DNA from: Proteromonas lacertae
Taxonomy: Eukaryota
Assembly (NCBI GenBank): GCA_002245135.1
Contig: NGBS01000626.1
Span: 1 to 40,949 of the forward strand
Length of the DNA: 40,949 nt
Direction of reading: 5' to 3'
How positions within the stretch are numbered: position 1 is the stretch's first letter; each line of letters starts with the position of its first letter. A program made the position numbers and the translations under genes. Positions 38,317 to 40,949 of this stretch are shown here, in pieces. Under the pieces are notes generated by a model that ran no database searches, was not told the origin of the DNA, and saw only the letters and a list, made by a program, of their open reading frames with translations.

Positions 38317-38383
38317 GTGTGTTTATGAGAATCTTATATAAGAAAACAAAATTAATCAAAGTAATGTATTTATTATCAATAAA

Positions 38384-38986
38384 CTAACTTACAAGACATT
38401 GGTTATTATTAATATATTCATCCTTAATGGATCTTGGTGATATTGGAGATAAGTCATAATCTATGAGATTGACATTGTCATTGTCATTTTCAAGCTTGAC
38501 TTGTATTTCTTCTATTTCTTTATTACTACTATCATTAGGAGGAGGAGGAGGTAATATATTAGCTTCATGATTCATCATAATAATACTTTCTAATAATTGA
38601 TGAGTTTTTTCAAAAGATGGGTTTCTTTTCTCCTTAATCTTGTTAACACACTCAAGGAACATATTAGGTGTAATGCGCACAGTCTCATCTACATCAGAAA
38701 TACCTAATCTTTGAATTAATTTCTCTTTACTCTCATCCCACCAACATCCATTTTTGAATCTATATTCCAAGTCTAATCTATACTGTTCATCGACGTATTT
38801 GAGTATATATCTGATCTCACTATAAGTTAATTCCTTTTTATCACCACATATGAGATTCCATAATTTAGATTTGGTTGGTGCCCTCATTTTGCCATCCTTT
38901 CTAAAGCAATTAATGAGTATTTGTTTATCAGAGTTCCAAAAGTTATAAGGCACTGTTCTAAATTTGTGCTCCTGATCGTTATTCAT
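38384..38986 (-). CDS. Orphan intronless protein
   Basis: 200-aa ATG ORF, divergent from the penton-like gene. Confidence 0.65.
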   Translation of the reverse strand: MNNDQEHKFRTVPYNFWNSDKQILINCFRKDGKMRAPTKSKLWNLICGDKKELTYSEIRYILKYVDEQYRLDLEYRFKNGCWWDESKEKLIQRLGISDVDETVRITPNMFLECVNKIKEKRNPSFEKTHQLLESIIMMNHEANILPPPPPNDSSNKEIEEIQVKLENDNDNVNLIDYDLSPISPRSIKDEYINNNQCLVS

Positions 38987-39071
38987 TTTTAAAAAATAAA
39001 AGTGTAATTAATACTAATAATGACAATATTGACATTATTAACGAATTTATTTTCAAAATAGATTTTATCTT

Positions 39072-40031
39072 ATGTTAGTTTCGAATCATCGTGTATACTA
39101 CTTAAATTCTGATATGATTGTATTATCTGATTCCATGGGTGGAGGAAATAAGTATAAGAAGACATTAAAATTGCAATCATTCGATGATGATTATACTCAT
39201 GTCAGCTTATTACATGCTGTTATACCCAATTCATTCCCAACTATACAGGAAGAAACAAATGATGAGTTTTCATTAGTATTCACATTGGGATGGAGACATG
39301 ATGTTCAAGTAGATACACCAAAGTATCCAAACATCATAAAACACCTCAAAATACCAGAAGGATTCTATGATGAAACTCAGATATTAAGTATGATTAATAA
39401 TTTAGTCAAAAATATGACATATGATGTTTTTGGAATAAAAGATGATGCATATAATGAAGATGGTTCACATGTGTCTATTATACAAGGAAAAGGAGATTTA
39501 TTTCGTATAGACAATTTCGATGATAATCAAACATATCATATTGAGGTAGCTAATGATATGAATATTATATACTATCAAAAAGACCCAGTATATTGGATAG
39601 AAAAATTAGAGATCATCACCAAAGATCTTAGTTACAAAATATTAGGTATACCCAAAAACAATTACTGGTGTTGTTTTAAAGAATATATTCCATCTGAAGA
39701 ACCAGAGAATCAACAAGAAATTATGGTTAAGCCATTCCCATTTACTCAATTACCATTTCGTCCTTCTTTGATATGGGTTAATTCTATATCCATTAGATTA
39801 GACATAGTGAATATTATGCAGGATTCAAATGTATTAGAAAATATACCCGTTTCTAATCCAGAGTTACCATTTATTACATATCAGAATAATGACATATTGA
39901 ATACATCAAAGAGATTCATAATACCTATAACAATGGTATGATCACTATTCAGATTACTCAACAAAATGGCTATGAGCTTAATCTTTGATAATATTGAGTT
40001 TAATTTAGATATTGTTGTATTTAAAGTCTAA
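39072..40031 (+). CDS. Minor capsid (penton)-like protein with C-terminal frameshifts
   Basis: YYLNSD...VSLLHAVIPNSFPTIQEETNDEF...KIPEGFYDETQILSMINN and ISIRLDIV...VLENIPV. After frameshifts near 39920 and 39985 it reads ITIQITQQNGYELNLDNIEFNLDIVVFKV*, the pattern of single jelly-roll pentons of virophages/Polinton-like viruses. Confidence 0.7.
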
Positions 40032-40062
40032 TTTTTATATTTCTTTATTCTTTTGTTTTCTA

Positions 40063-40949
40063 ATGGCTTTATCTATTCCAAAAGAACAGAAACATGGTGT
40101 AGATGTCCCTGTGATGCTACCCTTCTATAATTATGTGAGATTGACTCCGATGGGATCAACATCAGAATATACTCTAAGTGATAACACATATACAGAAGAG
40201 ATTAGATGGGAGATAAGTGGAGATAATATTATCAATTTAGCTAAGTCATATATCCAATTCGATATAGATGTAGAAACAGAAACCATTAGCAAAAGGTTCA
40301 GAAGTAGGTGCTGTTAGAGCAGATTTAAGTAAGAAACTTATAAATAAAGATGATGATTTATATCCAAGTACAATTGGAGGAATTAAAGAAGGGTTTGGCT
40401 TGGCCTCTTTTAGAATTTGTAATCAGACTGGAACAGATCTGGTCAAGCTTGATGATTCGTATGAACCATATCGTGTATTTATGGATGAATTAGTTAGAAA
40501 GAGATGCGATATATTCTATCAAGACAATTACTATGATGGAATACAATTAGATTGGAGTAACCGATGAACACAGTTATCTTATTCAAGATGTTAATAAATG
40601 GAAAATGGATAAAGAAGGTGATATTACTGAACTGTAAGACACTGTAGAGATTTTGATACTAGTAAATAATAAAATAACAAATGCTACTGTGTAAAAGTAA
40701 AAAGACATTACATTTCAAATTACAGTTAGGTAAATTTACAATACATTTGCTGCATTAAAGAGCGATGTATTCTTGGAGAGAGAATGTATATATGCATTCG
40801 ATTCCAAACTAAAGCAAATTATGGAAATTTGAAATCATAATACACCAACCGAATATTGTATTGATGAAATGGTTATGAAGATTAAATAATGTTATAGCAT
40901 GGGATAGGATGGTGGTATTAAAAATATGACATTTAAGAATTTTAAATTT
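40063..40949 (+). pseudogene. Major capsid protein-like gene, multiple frameshifts, incomplete
   Basis: ATG at 40063; YNYVRLTP...EEIRWEISGDNIINLAKSYIQFDIDV, then in shifted frames FRICNQTGTDLVKLDD and FKLQLGKFT..FAALKSDVFL; lies directly downstream of the penton-like gene. Confidence 0.6.

Larger units (their letters stand above)
35170..40949. mobile_element. Endogenous Polinton-like virus / virophage-type element (partial; runs off the window)
   Basis: Adjacent penton-like and MCP-like genes, small mostly intronless orphan ORFs, several hairpins; begins where the TM9SF duplicate is truncated. The left boundary is inferred. Confidence 0.7.

Noticed and set aside
40903..40912. GATAGGATGG shared with the 35422 hairpin arm, as a possible terminal repeat
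   Set aside because: Only 10 bp, same orientation, no flanking similarity, and inside the MCP-like region.

Overview
Very AT-rich eukaryotic (protist) DNA with densely packed genes and many tiny (~26-47 nt, often ~30 nt) GT-AG introns. A TGTTTGTT motif lies downstream of several genes; together these suggest a Blastocystis-like stramenopile (inference). The centre (2.1-34.7 kb) is host gene content: two PH-domain AGC kinases, amidophosphoribosyltransferase, a ~2,200-aa Sfi1-like repeat protein, a GT31 glycosyltransferase, two pseudokinase-LRR genes, a Venus-flytrap/multi-TM/RGS receptor, a WDCP-like protein, Aurora kinase, V-ATPase subunit a and a TM9SF protein. A broken TM9SF duplicate follows, cut off at ~35.17 kb. 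From there to the window end the DNA looks like an endogenous Polinton-like virus/virophage-type element: hairpins, small orphan ORFs including an AT-hook basic protein, then a penton (minor capsid)-like gene and a frameshifted major-capsid-like gene. The left end has a ~158-bp tandem repeat, a frameshifted intronless orphan ORF and a GC-rich hairpin, possibly the end of a second element. All homology calls are by motif recognition; no searches were run.
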